Counted from the stretch's first letter, positions 27,342-41,349 are shown. The stretch is DNA of 64,000 nucleotides from Schmidtea polychroa (GCA_044892525.1 CM097888.1:44516001-44580000), one strand, 5' to 3'. A program made the numbers and translations. The notes: a model not told the origin generated them from the sequence alone.

Positions 27342-27367
27342 TAACCCTAACCCTAACCCTAACCTAA
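27342..27367. repeat. Short interstitial (TAACCC)3 telomere-like tract
   Basis: TAACCCTAACCCTAACCCTAACCTAA read directly. Confidence 0.7.
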
Positions 27368-28618
27368 CGATACTGAATATTCAACACAATACCTTGCTTT
27401 GGATATGTGTGAGGAATTTCTTGATTTGTGGAATAACTGAATGATAGAACATCTCTCCTTACGCCCGAGTGGCCTTTGCATTAATTATAATAAAACTTGA
27501 TTTTTTTTTATATTCCATAAGATGTTTTCTGGATTTCAGTCATTAATGAATGCCCTCTGATATCTATTAAGGCTATTGAAAATTTTCATAAATGTTTACT
27601 TTCGTAGTTGAAATCTAATAAAATACATAGAAATGTATAGAAGATTATGTATATTCATTCAATTCGTATAATCCAATGATGCCCATGTATTAATAATAAA
27701 TGTTCCAAGTAAAGTATTCCAAGGCACATTGTGAATGATTTAAGTGTTAAAATAATTGATTTATAAATGTTAAACAAGTAAATGATAAGGTAAGCCTTTA
27801 CTGCAAAATATGCATTATAAGGAAAACAAACAAGCATTTGCAATTCTGAGAGATTGAAATGAATTATCTTATAATTAAACAAATTCTCATTTAATACATA
27901 TTTTGTAGTAAAGGCTTATCTTATCATTTACCTGTTTATCTTAAGGTTTGTTATTTTATTCATCTTTATGGGTTTTTTATGGGTTATTGCTAATGTTTGT
28001 TATTCAATTTGCATTTAAAATTTAAAGAGCTTTCGATTAAATGAGCAAATGATTTTAACAATTAAGCCAAAATTTCAGAAAACAGAAGTTAGGCATGCCA
28101 AATCTTTCAATTTACATTCATTCTTGTTGTTCTATGCACTCTTCCTTTAATTTCTTGTAGGTTTTTAAGTGGAAATACCACTCTTGAATTATGTTCATTT
28201 TATCAACCCTTTACTTAGTGAAAGCCTCTTGCAAATATCCTTATTGTAACATAATACTGAGATACTAAAGGCTTTCTGGTAACAATATTAATATCTTATT
28301 TGACCTACGATACTATGCGAACAGGAATACAGATATATTATATGTTTTCATTCATAACGGGTGCGACATCAAAATCCGGACAAATTAATAAACAGCGAGT
28401 AAGAGATTCATCCATGAAATAACATGTTAACATATGTAATAAAGTATATAAAACAATTTGAAATGTCAAACAACTGATAGGGGGGTCACTTGTGTAGATT
28501 GCCCGTAGGCGTTTTTGTTCAGATACCAATATTAAATTCAATTGGAATTTCATAAACATAATGATATTTATTTTCGTTCAAGCTTAATAAAATTTTCAAA
28601 AGATTTCATCGTCTTCAG

Positions 28619-29427
28619 GAGATGTTGAACAGAATCGAATAGCGGTAAGCCTAATTCTAGGAAAGATTTCTGAAGATCCTCATTCAGCCAGTTGTCCAAG
28701 AATATCCTATATGGATTTTGTTGGACCTGTAGCTAGTGCTTATCCAACAGGATCCCCCTATGCAATGATCAGCAGCAATTTTAACCCAACCCCAGCTTTA
28801 CTTAATTCATCTACAAATATCCAATCAACTTCACCCGTAGGATTTTCTAATGGGAATTTATTAGATTTTATTAATCCACCAGTTTCTACATTGAGTCAAC
28901 CAACTAAATCTTATTCGAATATTTCTCATAATACGGACTATAATTATTTTGAAGAAAACCCCGAAATAATTATGGAAAGACCTATTTCGTCATATAAAGC
29001 TGTTAAAAATATTCTTCGTATGTCTGGATTTTCCGAAACCGCTACTGATGCTATAACAAAAGCTATTGTAATAATATGCAGGTATGGTCTGACAAATAAT
29101 GGAACTCTGAAATCACCATCGAAAGGTGGATTTAACAATATCTGTTTGTACGATGGACCTCCTTTATATGGTTCACCAAACAGTGACGATCCTAATTCAT
29201 CATATCCACTCGATTTCTTGATCAACTCCTATTTGAGCCAAGCATTCAACAAGGATAATTTATCAGATGATAATCTATCAGTCACAACGGATGACATATG
29301 CAGAACCATAGACGTTACTCCTGAGAAATTGGCTTTAATAGGAGCAATAGATGGTGCATTTCTAACTGATGTAAGAATGAAGACAAAGACAAACATAAAA
29401 GCAAGTCTTGAATTATTAAGTTTTTAA
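28619..29427 (+). CDS. NOVA: NOVA/pasilla homolog exon 5 (end of KH2, low-complexity linker, degenerate KH3, stop)
   Basis: (G)DVEQNRIAVSLILGKISEDPHSASCPRISYMDFVGPVASAYPTGSPYA matches the Nova-specific EDP.S.SC..ISY....GPVA...PTGSPYA block. Acceptor TCTTCAG at 28618. The five exons sum to 1362 nt = 453 aa + stop. Confidence 0.92.
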
Positions 29428-29583
29428 TAACTTCGATGAAAATAATCCACAACCTTTCGTTTTTAACTTTTTATACACATTTCTTATTCAAATTTATATA
29501 AATAATTTATTAATTTATTATATTATTTAAGAGAGGGTAGAGAAATTAATGAAACATACATACTCGCTTTATGAAATTTCTAT

Positions 29584-29589
29584 AATAAA
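29584..29589 (+). terminator. Candidate polyadenylation signal of NOVA
   Basis: AATAAA about 157 nt after the stop; common by chance in AT-rich DNA. Confidence 0.3.
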
Positions 29590-30099
29590 ACAAACAATCA
29601 AACAAGTGATAAAATACACCATCTAAAAAAGTTAATCAAATCAAATAATTTTAATCAAATAATTTTATTTCAAATGAAATTTTTCTATTTAATTATTGTC
29701 ATAAAATTAAAATTTTCTTACGTCCTGAAATTCCAAATCAATCTGGTTACCATGATTTATGAATATGAAATACTATGACAAAAGTGTTATGCAATAGGTA
29801 ATAGGTAAAGCTAATATCATGCACTTTTAGGCTAATTTTCAGTTCCCGACTAATATTATATAAATATTACACTGAACATTTGTTGTCCTTTAGAATTTTA
29901 TTGATTTATTGTCATCTAAAGACAAATTTTTAACTGTGATTATTGATTATTAAATTTAATCGAAATAGTTGAAAGTATTTTTGAAAGATTTTTGTCTACT
30001 GAAAGTAATAAGTAGTAAGCATTGTCCGCAATGGAACTGAAAGAAAATGATTTCAAGGTCAAATGGTTATATTTTCATACTTGATATAATTTTCTAGCC

Positions 30100-30830
30100 T
30101 TATCCATTTTAATATATGAAGTCAGTTTTATTTAAGTTCTCCATAAGAAAATACTTTCAATAGAAAATCGTACATGTACGTCCTATACTTACCTTGTATG
30201 TACTGGGATATAAGTATTATGTGTGTTTTAGAATGATACTTCTTGTTTTATAATGTTCTTGAGTACTGAATACTTTCCAGGGATTGAAGAAACTTTTATT
30301 AAGTATCAAAAGAGGCCCAACGTTTGTGCAATTTTACATTAAATAATTACTTTGAGTTTGACTGGTTTGTTTCCCATTAATATATAGCAATATCGTTCAA
30401 TAATATAAAATAAATAAGGTAATTAAACATAAAGCACTTAAGGTAGAAGAAAAATATTTTGGTATTGTTGTACAGACAACAAGAGAAAGACAAGCAAGCA
30501 GTTGGGAAATTCAAATTATAAAATTGTCTAGTTCATGTAAAGTACACGATCTGTTTATTAATAAGTCTAAAATCCAGTTGGATTGTATTCGGAATTTGTT
30601 TATCAATATAACATGTAATGAAAATCATGACACATATCGAAGAGACCTATGTACTCGAGTTCTTGAACATTGTCGATCCAAGAGATTGATCAATATTAGT
30701 GAACACAATAAGTGTTGTATGAGTAAAATATGCATGTCTGATTTTAAAATGTTATCAAAATTTTTTTAAATTATTAGGAACGTGTAATATGTAAAGCCTT
30801 GTTGATATAAGTTTCAGTGTTAAACTATAA
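30100..30830 (+). mobile_element. Decayed Penelope-like retroelement (RT thumb region plus GIY-YIG endonuclease)
   Basis: ORF 30524-30769 contains ITCNENHDTY-RRDLCTRVLEHCR...ISEHNKCC...DFKML, matching the Penelope GIY-YIG pattern (C..YIG.T.R.L.TR..EH...S.I.EH...C....FKIL). Upstream fragments AQRLC and FPINI resemble the RA..ICS and NGFP segments. Confidence 0.55.
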
Positions 30831-31530
30831 TAAATATAAAAATATATTTATTTTGATTATATCTTGATAGTTTTACCCCTGAAAACATTCAAATTCCGGA
30901 ATAAATAACTTTGTTACATTTTACAAAAGGTAACATCATTGAAAATATAAAAAAATTATTTAAATCAATATAAAATTGTGAAAATTCTGACTTAAATACA
31001 TATAAATAATTCAAAGAAATCTAGATTAGCAACAAAATCACCATGATTGTACTTTATTAACTTATTAATCCTCCTGATTGTATGTGCATGATTGCTATTA
31101 CTGGTGTAGAATTTCTACCCTGGAGCAACATTTCTGTTTTATTTATTAAACTATATCTGTGTAAAACGAAATCACAAAATTTGTTTTTCTTAGATGTTAT
31201 TAGGATTTTCATTGACATATTTTCTCTTAATTTATCCGTTCGACAAAGTCCATTTAGTTGATGAATTAATTGGAAATCATCGACAATCTTTGGAGAGGAA
31301 TTTGATAAAATTTTAAAGTGATCCCAATTTTATTTGATTAGATTTCAAGGGAGATCTCCTCGAATTCAGAAGATATTTATTCGATCCAAGTGACTGGAAT
31401 GGATTTGGACAATGTGCTGGATGCAATCGGAATGATTATATACAACCGCCCAAATGAGTCCGATTGCTTCCCAAATGTTCAATGTGATATTGTTCAATGA
31501 TTTTTCACGAATTATTTTTTATTATATTTA

Positions 31531-31533
<3 letters not shown>

Positions 31534-31616
<83 letters not shown>
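31534..31616. repeat. (ATT)n microsatellite
   Basis: Direct read; explains the poly-Y ORF 31454-31639. Confidence 0.97.
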
Positions 31617-32599
31617 TATCAGAAAGCATTACTTCGTGATGATATTTATTTTAATTAACATTTCAGTTGTTTTAATATTCGATTTATTATATTTTATTCT
31701 TTGTATTTATTTTCGAGATTATATATTAAATATAATTATGATATTGCTCTAATTTATACTTTATTATTAAATATAAACTTTTCTGTACCTGCAAGTTACT
31801 GAAGACCTGCAATAAGTTTAGTTATTATTTAGTTATTTTTTATTACAGTTTTGGATATGGAAATGATTGCTAATAAGATTTCAATGCAGAAAAATTCGGA
31901 AACTATTGCTCTGAAGAAAAAGGTAAGAGCGGGTAGCAAACGAAAAGTTGAATATGAATATTACAATTATAAACGTAAATCAATGCAGTACTTATGCAAT
32001 GTTATTTCAAAAATACAAACTAATTAATTACTTGATTCTTTAACGGGCGATATTCCTGACTTGACATCATTCATAGCTGTTCCAAAATAAATCCAACCAG
32101 AAGAAGAAGCGTGATTGACTACGACTGAAGATATTCAACTTTCCATAGAGTTCTAAGTTTATGTCGTAGATAAAGTATTATAAGAACTTTTCCCAATTTC
32201 ACCACTGATTATTTTTTTCATTGAATTTATTAAAAAGAGAGCTTGAAGACTATAAATCAGTAATATATCGATGTTTTTTGATACTCACTAATTTTTCTTT
32301 TCGGCGCAATATTGGTAACCTTAACTCCCCTTTTCAATATTTGGACATGAAATTTTAGTGAAACTAGATATCTTCCCATTAATTTACTTTGAATTATTTG
32401 AATTAAAACAGCTATTAAAACTTTTAATTTAAAAGTATATTTAAAATTATGTTCGTAATTTAATTTAGCAATTCACTTTACACATTTCTTACCCAATTTT
32501 TATGTTCTCCTTAAGTACTGAATTTCTCATGTTATGTACTTCTTATACGGTTTGGAATAATATTGTGAAAATCAATTACTATAGGTTTGATTATATGGA

Positions 32600-33060
32600 T
32601 TTTCAAAGAGAATGACGAGATAGAGAAAATATAAATTAGATTGGAAATAGATTTTGAAGGCAGTTCATTATATGGTAAAAAAATTCACGAAATTGTTATT
32701 AATGAAATTGAACTCTTCAATGAAGTTGGGTGAATAAATATTTATTGTTCCACGGAAACAGAAATCAATAGATATTTTAAAGGAGCATATTCTTATAAAA
32801 AATGTTAAATTACTTGTTGAATTTGCAATGTGCTTATCGGATACCAATGCGACAGTTGCATGAGTATTAATGATTAATTATTAATCATTTTTGGACTAGT
32901 GACAAACCAAGATTAAACATAAAAACCTTATCAGCAGTGTCATCAATGAAGATGAGTCTCTGATATACATGTGAAGGATTTTGTAATGTTATAAAAGAAA
33001 ATGTTACATTATTGAAAAAAATTCATTCAAATGAAAAATATCATTTAAACAAAGTTGAAA
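32600..33060 (+). mobile_element. Decayed hAT transposase C-terminal (dimerization) region
   Basis: Translation with frameshifts gives KNVKLLVEFAMCLSDTNATV..., FWTSDKPRLNIKTL and CEGFCNVIKENVTLLKKIHSNEKY, matching the hAT C-terminus (LPGTNA.VER.FS...WT.EK.RL...LLKKIHS.EKY). Confidence 0.6.
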
Positions 33061-34481
33061 TAACTTTTTTTTATTTTAAAACGTTTTGTCGAGTGCATTA
33101 TGACTTTCACTTTCCCATACTTTGGATTGTTTTCGAGTTTTAAAAAAATCTATCCGCCTTAGTGAATAAACAATTTGTGATTTATTTCGGTATTTTCTTT
33201 TCAACAAACATCACTTGTTTATTTTCATTAATTTTCATTGAGATATAGAGGAATATGAAATCAATATATTCAACCAACCAAATCCTGATCGAAGTTAGTT
33301 ATGCAATTTTTTATACCACCAAATAAGGGAATTTTTAAAAAGAATCAACTTTGGTAGAATTAATGGCATTAATAGACAAATCCATATCAATAACCAATTC
33401 ACATAAATAGTCAAATAATTTTTTGTCTACGAGAAAACAAAGTTGGAAAAAAAATCGATTATTTTTCCCAAACACAATGTAATAAATGGGCAAAGTTACG
33501 GTGGAAAATAGCAGTAACAGCATCACAGCTTATATTTCACTACATTTAATCATTGCTCAAGTTGGAAAATTGCTTGACTAGCGTGAGACACGATTGTGAT
33601 GCTCGTACGGCTGCCGGAAGCGGGCTACTTCCGTGCTGATGCGTTTTTGGCGATGGTCGGTTTCGGTTAAAGTTTGTACAGACACGATTGATGATTGGGA
33701 TGACAGTGCGATTGATGCCTGTGTAGTTGGGAGTAGTGAGTTGTTGATTCGCATCAGTTGAGTGCATTCTAAGCTAATTATTGCCTTAGTTTTGGAATTT
33801 TTCATTGACTGGAATATTTTTCAAATTATCAATTTCAACTGTAAAATATCAAAATAAATATTAATTTAAAAAAAAAAATTTTTTCAACACATTTTGAAAT
33901 AATTATTAAAAGTTGACAATTAAATTGTAATTATTAATTAAAGAGTATCAATAACAATGATATCCTGTTAGGAAAAGTAAGCTTTTGGGGCCTCGATTAG
34001 AAACAGATTCGTATAAAAAAATTTCCAAATATATTTTTTATATTTGTTTAAATTTATTCAAATCATTTCGTAATGTATTTCATTCGTTCAAACTGTTTTG
34101 CTGTCAAGAATGGCTCAATAAAGTTTGCTTGTGGGCCGAAATTTTCATTTCTTGGCTTTCTTCGCTAAATAAGTGAAAGTTGTACTTTAGTCAACATTAG
34201 TAAAATGCCAATAAATAAAATGAATAAAAATATGATCAAGTCAATTAGTAGAAGTTTTTTGATTTCTCTTTTTTCTTCCTTTATTGTTAGATTATTTTTA
34301 AAAGAGAAAAATAAATGAAAAATTTCTTGATATTGTATTATTACATTAATCCTGCCTTGTGAGGATTTGCATATACGAGTAGCTATATTATAGCCGCTAT
34401 AATATAAATATCTCATCATTAAAATTTTTATTTAGATCTATTTCACCAATGACAAACTTTTAATCTTTAGAAAAAAAAGAG

Positions 34482-34482
<1 letters not shown>

Positions 34483-34556
<74 letters not shown>
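34483..34556. repeat. (TA)n microsatellite
   Basis: Direct read. Confidence 0.97.
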
Positions 34557-34558
<2 letters not shown>

Positions 34559-37500
34559 TACAATCTGGACATTGAAATAGAGAAATTAGGAGAAAGTTTA
34601 AAAATAGTTATTCTTTCAAAAATTAAAATAAAACAATTAATGACAATTTTAAATTAATTAATTATTTAACATAATTACATTAATATTTATGATAGATTAT
34701 AACAAAATGTAACTTAATAAAATTTTATTTTTTAAAATTATATTAATTTATGAGTTGACTTAATCTTTATTTGCATTTTTTTGAAAACGATATTATTTGA
34801 ATTATTTAAAGAATCTAGTTTTCATTGAAATAATAAAAATAGANNNNNNNNNNNNNNNNNNNNNNNNNNNNNNNNNNNNNNNNNNNNNNNNNNNNNNNNN
34901 NNNNNNNNNNNNNNNNNNNNNNNNNNNNNNNNNNNNNNNNNNNNNNNNNNNNNNNNNNNNNNNNNNNNNNNNNNNNNNNNNNNNNNNNNNNNNNNNNNNN
35001 NNNNNNNNNNNNNNNNNNNNNNNNNNNNNNNNNNNNTGACGTTAATATTATTAGTAATCTTATTATTTTTGATATTTTACTTTCTCAAATTCGGTTATTC
35101 GTATAAATAAATGAAAATAATAAATTTCATTGAAAGATGGTCAAAAATGCATAAAACAAATATTTTGTATCTTAAATGGCGCCAGGCTGTGGAACCTCAT
35201 CATGCTGAAGTCTCTAAATATTCTTTTGTAAAATGTTAGAACTTAGTAAGAATTACATTTTTGTTGAAGAAAAATATTTCGTATTTTTTGAAAAAGGCGG
35301 TTAAAATCACGTTCGAAACTCAGTCTAATTTACGATTTTTAAAATTTTAAATTCCCGCCATATGAGTTATCAAGCTCCCATTCCTTTCAAGGTCAAATTT
35401 TTTTGCGACATTTTTGAATTTTTGAAAAATATAGATGAGCACAGACTTTCCTATTGAGATATTTAAAAATTTCTTTTTGTAAAAACATTCCAAATTTGAG
35501 ACGACTAATTTTGTTGGCCATGACTTTTTCGTATCTTTATCAGAAATTTATTTTGTCCAGGAAAATGATTTTATTTTAATTATTGATTTTTAAGTGCAAA
35601 GTGCATTTTTGACTATAGTTAAAAGTGTTTTTGGCTATTCTTAATATGTAAACCATAATATCTGCTGTTTGACGATAAAAGATTTCTTTTCGAGACTTTT
35701 TGTGTCTGTTAAGGAATATTTTTGGAAATCATGGGAACGCGACATAATTATTCAAGACATCCTTCATGAAAGAGTTGCGTTTTGATTCAACTAATAAAAA
35801 TCTGAAATAAAATCCTCGAAAAGTTTATTAATTCATAATGTAAAATCAATCAATAATTCTCAAAAATTCGGCTGTCCGAATGGACTTAAAAATATTTTCA
35901 TCCTATTTATTTGTGACAATTCATCGAAAAATTGAGATATTTAGACATCTATATCAATACTTAAATTTCTTTTCTAAAAAATTTGGACTTAAAAATCAAT
36001 AATCACGACTTGACCTTGAAGGAGGAGGAGCCTCTGCTGCTAACCAGTGCGCGGTAACTAATGGTGGCGCAGGGGGATTATATCTACCTACTTTTGTAAT
36101 CCAATATATTGAGTGTGTCACTATTAATCATTTCATATTTTTAATCTTCATTGTCTTGATAGTTTCTAACTTATTTGTGAACCTCTTCCAGCTAGATAAT
36201 CTACCACCTCTAAATCTTTGAGTAAACTCACTAAATATAATCAGTTTAACATTGACAGAAATACTATCGAAGTATTGTAAAATAATAATATTATAATAAT
36301 ATTTTCTCTTCACCTTAAGTAATATTTTTTCAATAGAGATGAGAATAAAAAAAATTCATTCTGTTGAACAATTATCTAGACTGTCATCACTATCTCTATT
36401 AATTTGGCGCCTTTTTCCCAAATATTTTAACTCGAAATTTTTGCCGATGTCTTCGTTATTTAGATATTTTCCCCTTCATTGAGCTTAATGCCATAAATTT
36501 ACAAAAACGATAGAAATCGACGCCAATATTTCAAAACACAAATTTTATACATCGTATTAAAACAATCGCCATAACCATCATATCAAACAACAGCAGAAAA
36601 CACTTATGAATGTTAATTCTCTGGAAATATTTATTTAACCCGTATCAAAATCAAAACTATTTCCAACGTCGTTTCTTTGTTTTGTTTCTTTACATAAAAC
36701 AAAAAAAAATCACCCAAATCCCATTTCGTATTGATATTGGAGTTGAATAAGAAAATACATTTCACCTATTCCCTATTGAGAGAAGAGACCAACGAATAAT
36801 TATTCAACAATGACGACTTAATCATGCCTTTTCTCTAACAATTAAAACTCGTTTGTTTATCAAATAATGAAGCTCTTTAAGACAAAGAAACGGATGAAGT
36901 CATAGAAAAAACCAGTTTAGCACCTGATATGAAAAGAAAGCATCAGAAAAGGAATTTGAAATTTGTCGGTGACCGGATCCGACGGCCGTATTGAAGAGTT
37001 TACTTATAGAATCTTGTTCAAATTAATGATAATGATGCGTGAAATCGTTCAGGTCAATTTAAATTAATGAAATTTTATTTGTAAATATAACAAAATAATC
37101 TATTTTCGGTAAAAAATAATAAAAGTCACGCTATTTATTATAATAATTGAAACAATATAAATAATAATAATTAGCTAGCGTAGGTATGTATGAATAAATG
37201 TCTGTGATGTGTAACATTGTGATATTTTTAATAATATTTTTTTTGCGATTATTTAAATTAAAATAGAAATTGCTATCTATTTCTACACGTATTTTTAATG
37301 ATAATTTGAAAAAATTGAAATTGTCTTTTATCTTTATGTGAGAGTTATCTCTGTTTCTTTGTTTCGACCGGTGATTTTTTTATTTAATAATTTATTTATG
37401 ATAATTTATTAAAATTTATAAAAAGTTATAAAAAGTTTCAATGAAGTACAAGATTAATTAACAATTATATCTTTTACTTATCTTTGATAGAATAAAACAA

Positions 37501-37783
37501 AATTCAATATCAACGAGGAAATCGTAGATCTCCTCGCATATGTTTGGAGATGCTCTTATCCAGATCATGTGAAACCGATTCAGATTTCTGTTCAACTGAC
37601 CCTTTAACCAATAAACTGTCGGCGGGAAATGATATTCAACAATTTGTATAGATTTGAAATGTTTTACGGCAAATAAAAAACGTCTTATTTTACTAATTAT
37701 TTATCAAAAAATATATACATGTTATTTATTTTATTTATAAGTGAATTTATTATTACTATAATAATAAATATTATAATTGTAAA

Positions 37784-37784
<1 letters not shown>

Positions 37785-37852
<68 letters not shown>

Positions 37853-37863
37853 CATCATCATCA
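37785..37863. repeat. (ATT)n(ATC)n compound microsatellite
   Basis: Direct read. Confidence 0.95.
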
Positions 37864-38062
37864 TTATATTATTAAATATATTTTAAATATATTTTTTGAA
37901 AAATAATTGATATATATAAATTAAATTAAAACTTTAAAAATAATACAAATTTGCGTAAGTTGTTAATAAAATCTATAATATCTAGTTTTTTCGATTCTAC
38001 TTGATGATGACAGAAAAACTGGCGAATCATATCGTGAAACGGATGTTTGAGTGGCGCTTTCT

Positions 38063-38157
38063 AATAATAATAATAAAAATTATTATTAATATTGTTATTA
38101 TTATTATTATTATTATTATAATTATTATGATTATTATTATAATTATTATTTTATTAT
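38063..38157. repeat. Imperfect (AAT)/(ATT)n microsatellite
   Basis: Direct read; explains the poly-I ORF 38027-38224. Confidence 0.9.
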
Positions 38158-41100
38158 CATTTAAATAAACCACTTTATTAAAACAAACTGCAACATGAGA
38201 ATGCATCCAACCAAATACTGGCAATCATTCAATTATTTCAAAGCGACCATTCCAACTAATTAATCCGTTTTCCCATGGGGAGTTTACGATACATTTCATT
38301 TGAGTGGCCATAAAATATTTATAAAATCGAGAAGTTGATTTTACATTATATTTCGTCTCCATAGACATGGTGCGTATTTATGTAATTGCTTTCAATAAAC
38401 TGATCCAAAACTTTGAAAGGATAGACTTGCGATTGAATTAATATTTTAANNNNNNNNNNNNNNNNNNNNNNNNNNNNNNNNNNNNNNNNNNNNNNNNNNN
38501 NNNNNNNNNNNNNNNNNNNNNNNNNNNNNNNNNNNNNNNNNNNNNNNNNNNNNNNNNNNNNNNNNNNNNNNNNNNNNNNNNNNNNNNNNNNNNNNNNNNN
38601 NNNNNNNNNNNNNNNNNNNNNNNNNNNNNNNNNNNNNNNNNNNNNNNNNNNNNNNNNNNNNNNNNTGGAATTTTATGAAATAATAATTATCCACAATTAT
38701 TTAAGTTTTTAACACAAATAAGTTTTTGTTTATATTGTTAAATAATTTCGTATTTATTTGGTATTCGACTTATGAAAGGGGAAGAATGTTGCAATTTACA
38801 TATAAGAAATGATTTCAAAGACATTAACGAGTCAATCATTTTCCTGAACGAAAGAAATTTTGTATATTTCATATAAAATTAAAACAAATGTAAGTATTAT
38901 CAATGAAAAAAAAATCACAGAAAACCTATGGAAATGGAACTCAATTAATTCAGTATCATTGGTGAAAATAAATTATAGAAACTGAAAGCAATTATTTAAT
39001 TAATATGCATACCTCAATGATAGATGATGACTGTTTTTTTTTATTGGCCTCAGCCTCCCATTAACATTACTGCAATTATCATCATCATTAACCTGCATTC
39101 GGTTGATAGGTTGGCAAGTGAGAAGCCCTCATAAAGCTATGCTATATTCTACAGAGACTGTCATTCAATTCCCCACTCACAAGTTGGCCCATCACTTTTC
39201 GCTGGCTTGGTGAAGGACATACACATGTGACTTGGTACAATAGAGCTGTCACATATACTGTTATAAATAAAGTCTGGCCCTTTTAATTATGCATTGCATG
39301 AAACTGTTGGCGGGATTGGGGAAAATAATAATATTTTTTTTCCATCGCGTTTGGATGTCAGTTTTAGGTGAGCTAGTAAAAAGTGATATTGGTAATAATA
39401 TTAAAGTAGCATATCAATCATAGGAGCGGCCACATTATTTATTTATTGCCACTTTGTGACCCGTGGTTTACCTATATATAAACTGACCACGATCTGACAA
39501 ACTGCTAAGGGACCTAATTTTACCAGTTAGACAGTTGTAATTATTTAAAGTTGGCTTGTTAATAGATGTTCAACTTATAATATTTTATTTTCATCTTTAT
39601 ATATGAAATAAAAACAGGCTATTTGTTTTTAAAAATCATGTTGATAAAATTTCAGCGGCTGGAGAGAAAGTGTTATGGATTAATGAAAATTTAATTAAAA
39701 GGTAATTAATCGAATTACGGATAGAAAAGTCAACATACCGCAACTCCCAGATGTAGTAAAGTCGGATATTATAAAAATTGGATATTATAAAATTAGTGTT
39801 TGGTAATAACGTTTGGTAATAACTGTACTCCATTTGAAGGAAATCGGCTATTATAAAATCTGGTATAATAAAAAATTTTTTTAACAAAAGCCATTTTTTA
39901 TATTTGAAAGTTTGTGTACTTTGTTTTTTTGGTGGAGGTTGGAAACTGATGTTAATTAAAAATAAATATTTGTAAGTTAGAACTTAGAGTAGACATACCG
40001 AAATTCATTATAAAACCATATACATTTTATTTCATTAAATTTCCAGCTTAACGCTGCCGAAAGCCGCTGCAAACTTTAATTGTGCTTACACCAATAAGAC
40101 GCAGAGATGATGAGTTTTACATACGCCTAATTTGCAATATGTCATATGTATTCGTATATCTGATAAGAGCAGCACAATTATGATATTCGAATATTTGCTT
40201 TTTAATAAAAAATTTATCAAAAATTAAAGGTGTATATGTTACAGTTAAAGTATAAACTTAGACAATGTATACATTAACTAGTTAAAGTTTACATTACAAT
40301 TAAAGTTTTAAATTCAGTTAAAGTATACAGTCACTAGTAAAATTTTTAGACAATAATAAAATGTATATTATAGGTAGTATGCTGTATTGCAAGTTGGTAT
40401 TTGCAACATGGTATACTAGAATAACATTTATGTATTTTATTAGAGAACTGTATCATATATAAGATGTATCATGAATTAATCAAAAGTAATTATAAAGTAA
40501 TTAATAAAATTACACGCATAAAAATCAAAATATTTTTTTAAAAGGAAAAACTAGAAAAATGTTAATTAAAAAACAAATGCATATCAAATAATTTCAAAAT
40601 AAAGAGGAGATTCTAGGCAGCGTAAATAAAAAAATACAAACTAATTAATTAATTAAAAACTTATTATTCCCATCGATAATTGTCCGAGAGAAAAGCCAAG
40701 GTTAACTTTGATAGTTCTAGCAACATAAACTGACATACAATGAATAATGGAGATTATGTTGCGAAATCGAGTGAATTTCCTGAAGGAAACTTAAGAAAGA
40801 AAAAGAATCAAAATGTTCGAAGAGTTAGAAGAAGCATGAGGAAATTTTGTCAGTCTTATTGAAATAAAGCTGTACCACCTTTCATTTTCTAAATAATACA
40901 ATAAAAAATTTTTGAAATTTTAATTGACACATTAAAACAAACTTTCGTTCTAAAAAATTCATTTATCAAAGAAATAAGTCTAAAACAAAATAATAAAATA
41001 ACTCTTGCAAAATAGAATAAAATTTTTAAATTTAACCTGTCATTTATTTTTGTCATTTTCTAAAAATAAAAATTGTAATCTTCTCGGTTTGTCTACAAAC

Positions 41101-41349
41101 TTTGATATGGAAGCGTTCACAAATTCTTCGTTGCCATCATCGTGCATAAACCCGAAAATAGTTCTTCTGACATGGTTAACCTTGTCCATATCTTTATCTT
41201 TTGTAATGTGCTAAATGAGCGTTTTACCGTATATGATTGTTTGTTTTTAAATAATGTTAGCATGTGTAATAAAAATGTTTCCAACATGAAGAATTTAGAA
41301 GTATTAAAGTCTTAGTGTTGAATTTTATTCAGTACAATACTACTGTAGG

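Noticed and set aside
28340-28618. YCAY clusters before NOVA exon 5 as an autoregulatory element
   Set aside because: TCAT/CCAT density is not evidently above expectation for AT-rich DNA; needs a statistical test or CLIP.
28944-29225. 93-aa antisense ORF inside NOVA exon 5 (likewise 55909-57267 antisense ORFs in the hAT)
   Set aside because: Shadow frames of genuine coding sequence with no independent signal.
31050-31500. Possible CR1/L2 endonuclease remnant on the minus strand
   Set aside because: Motifs (GCI, GD..., NW) are too degraded to support a call.
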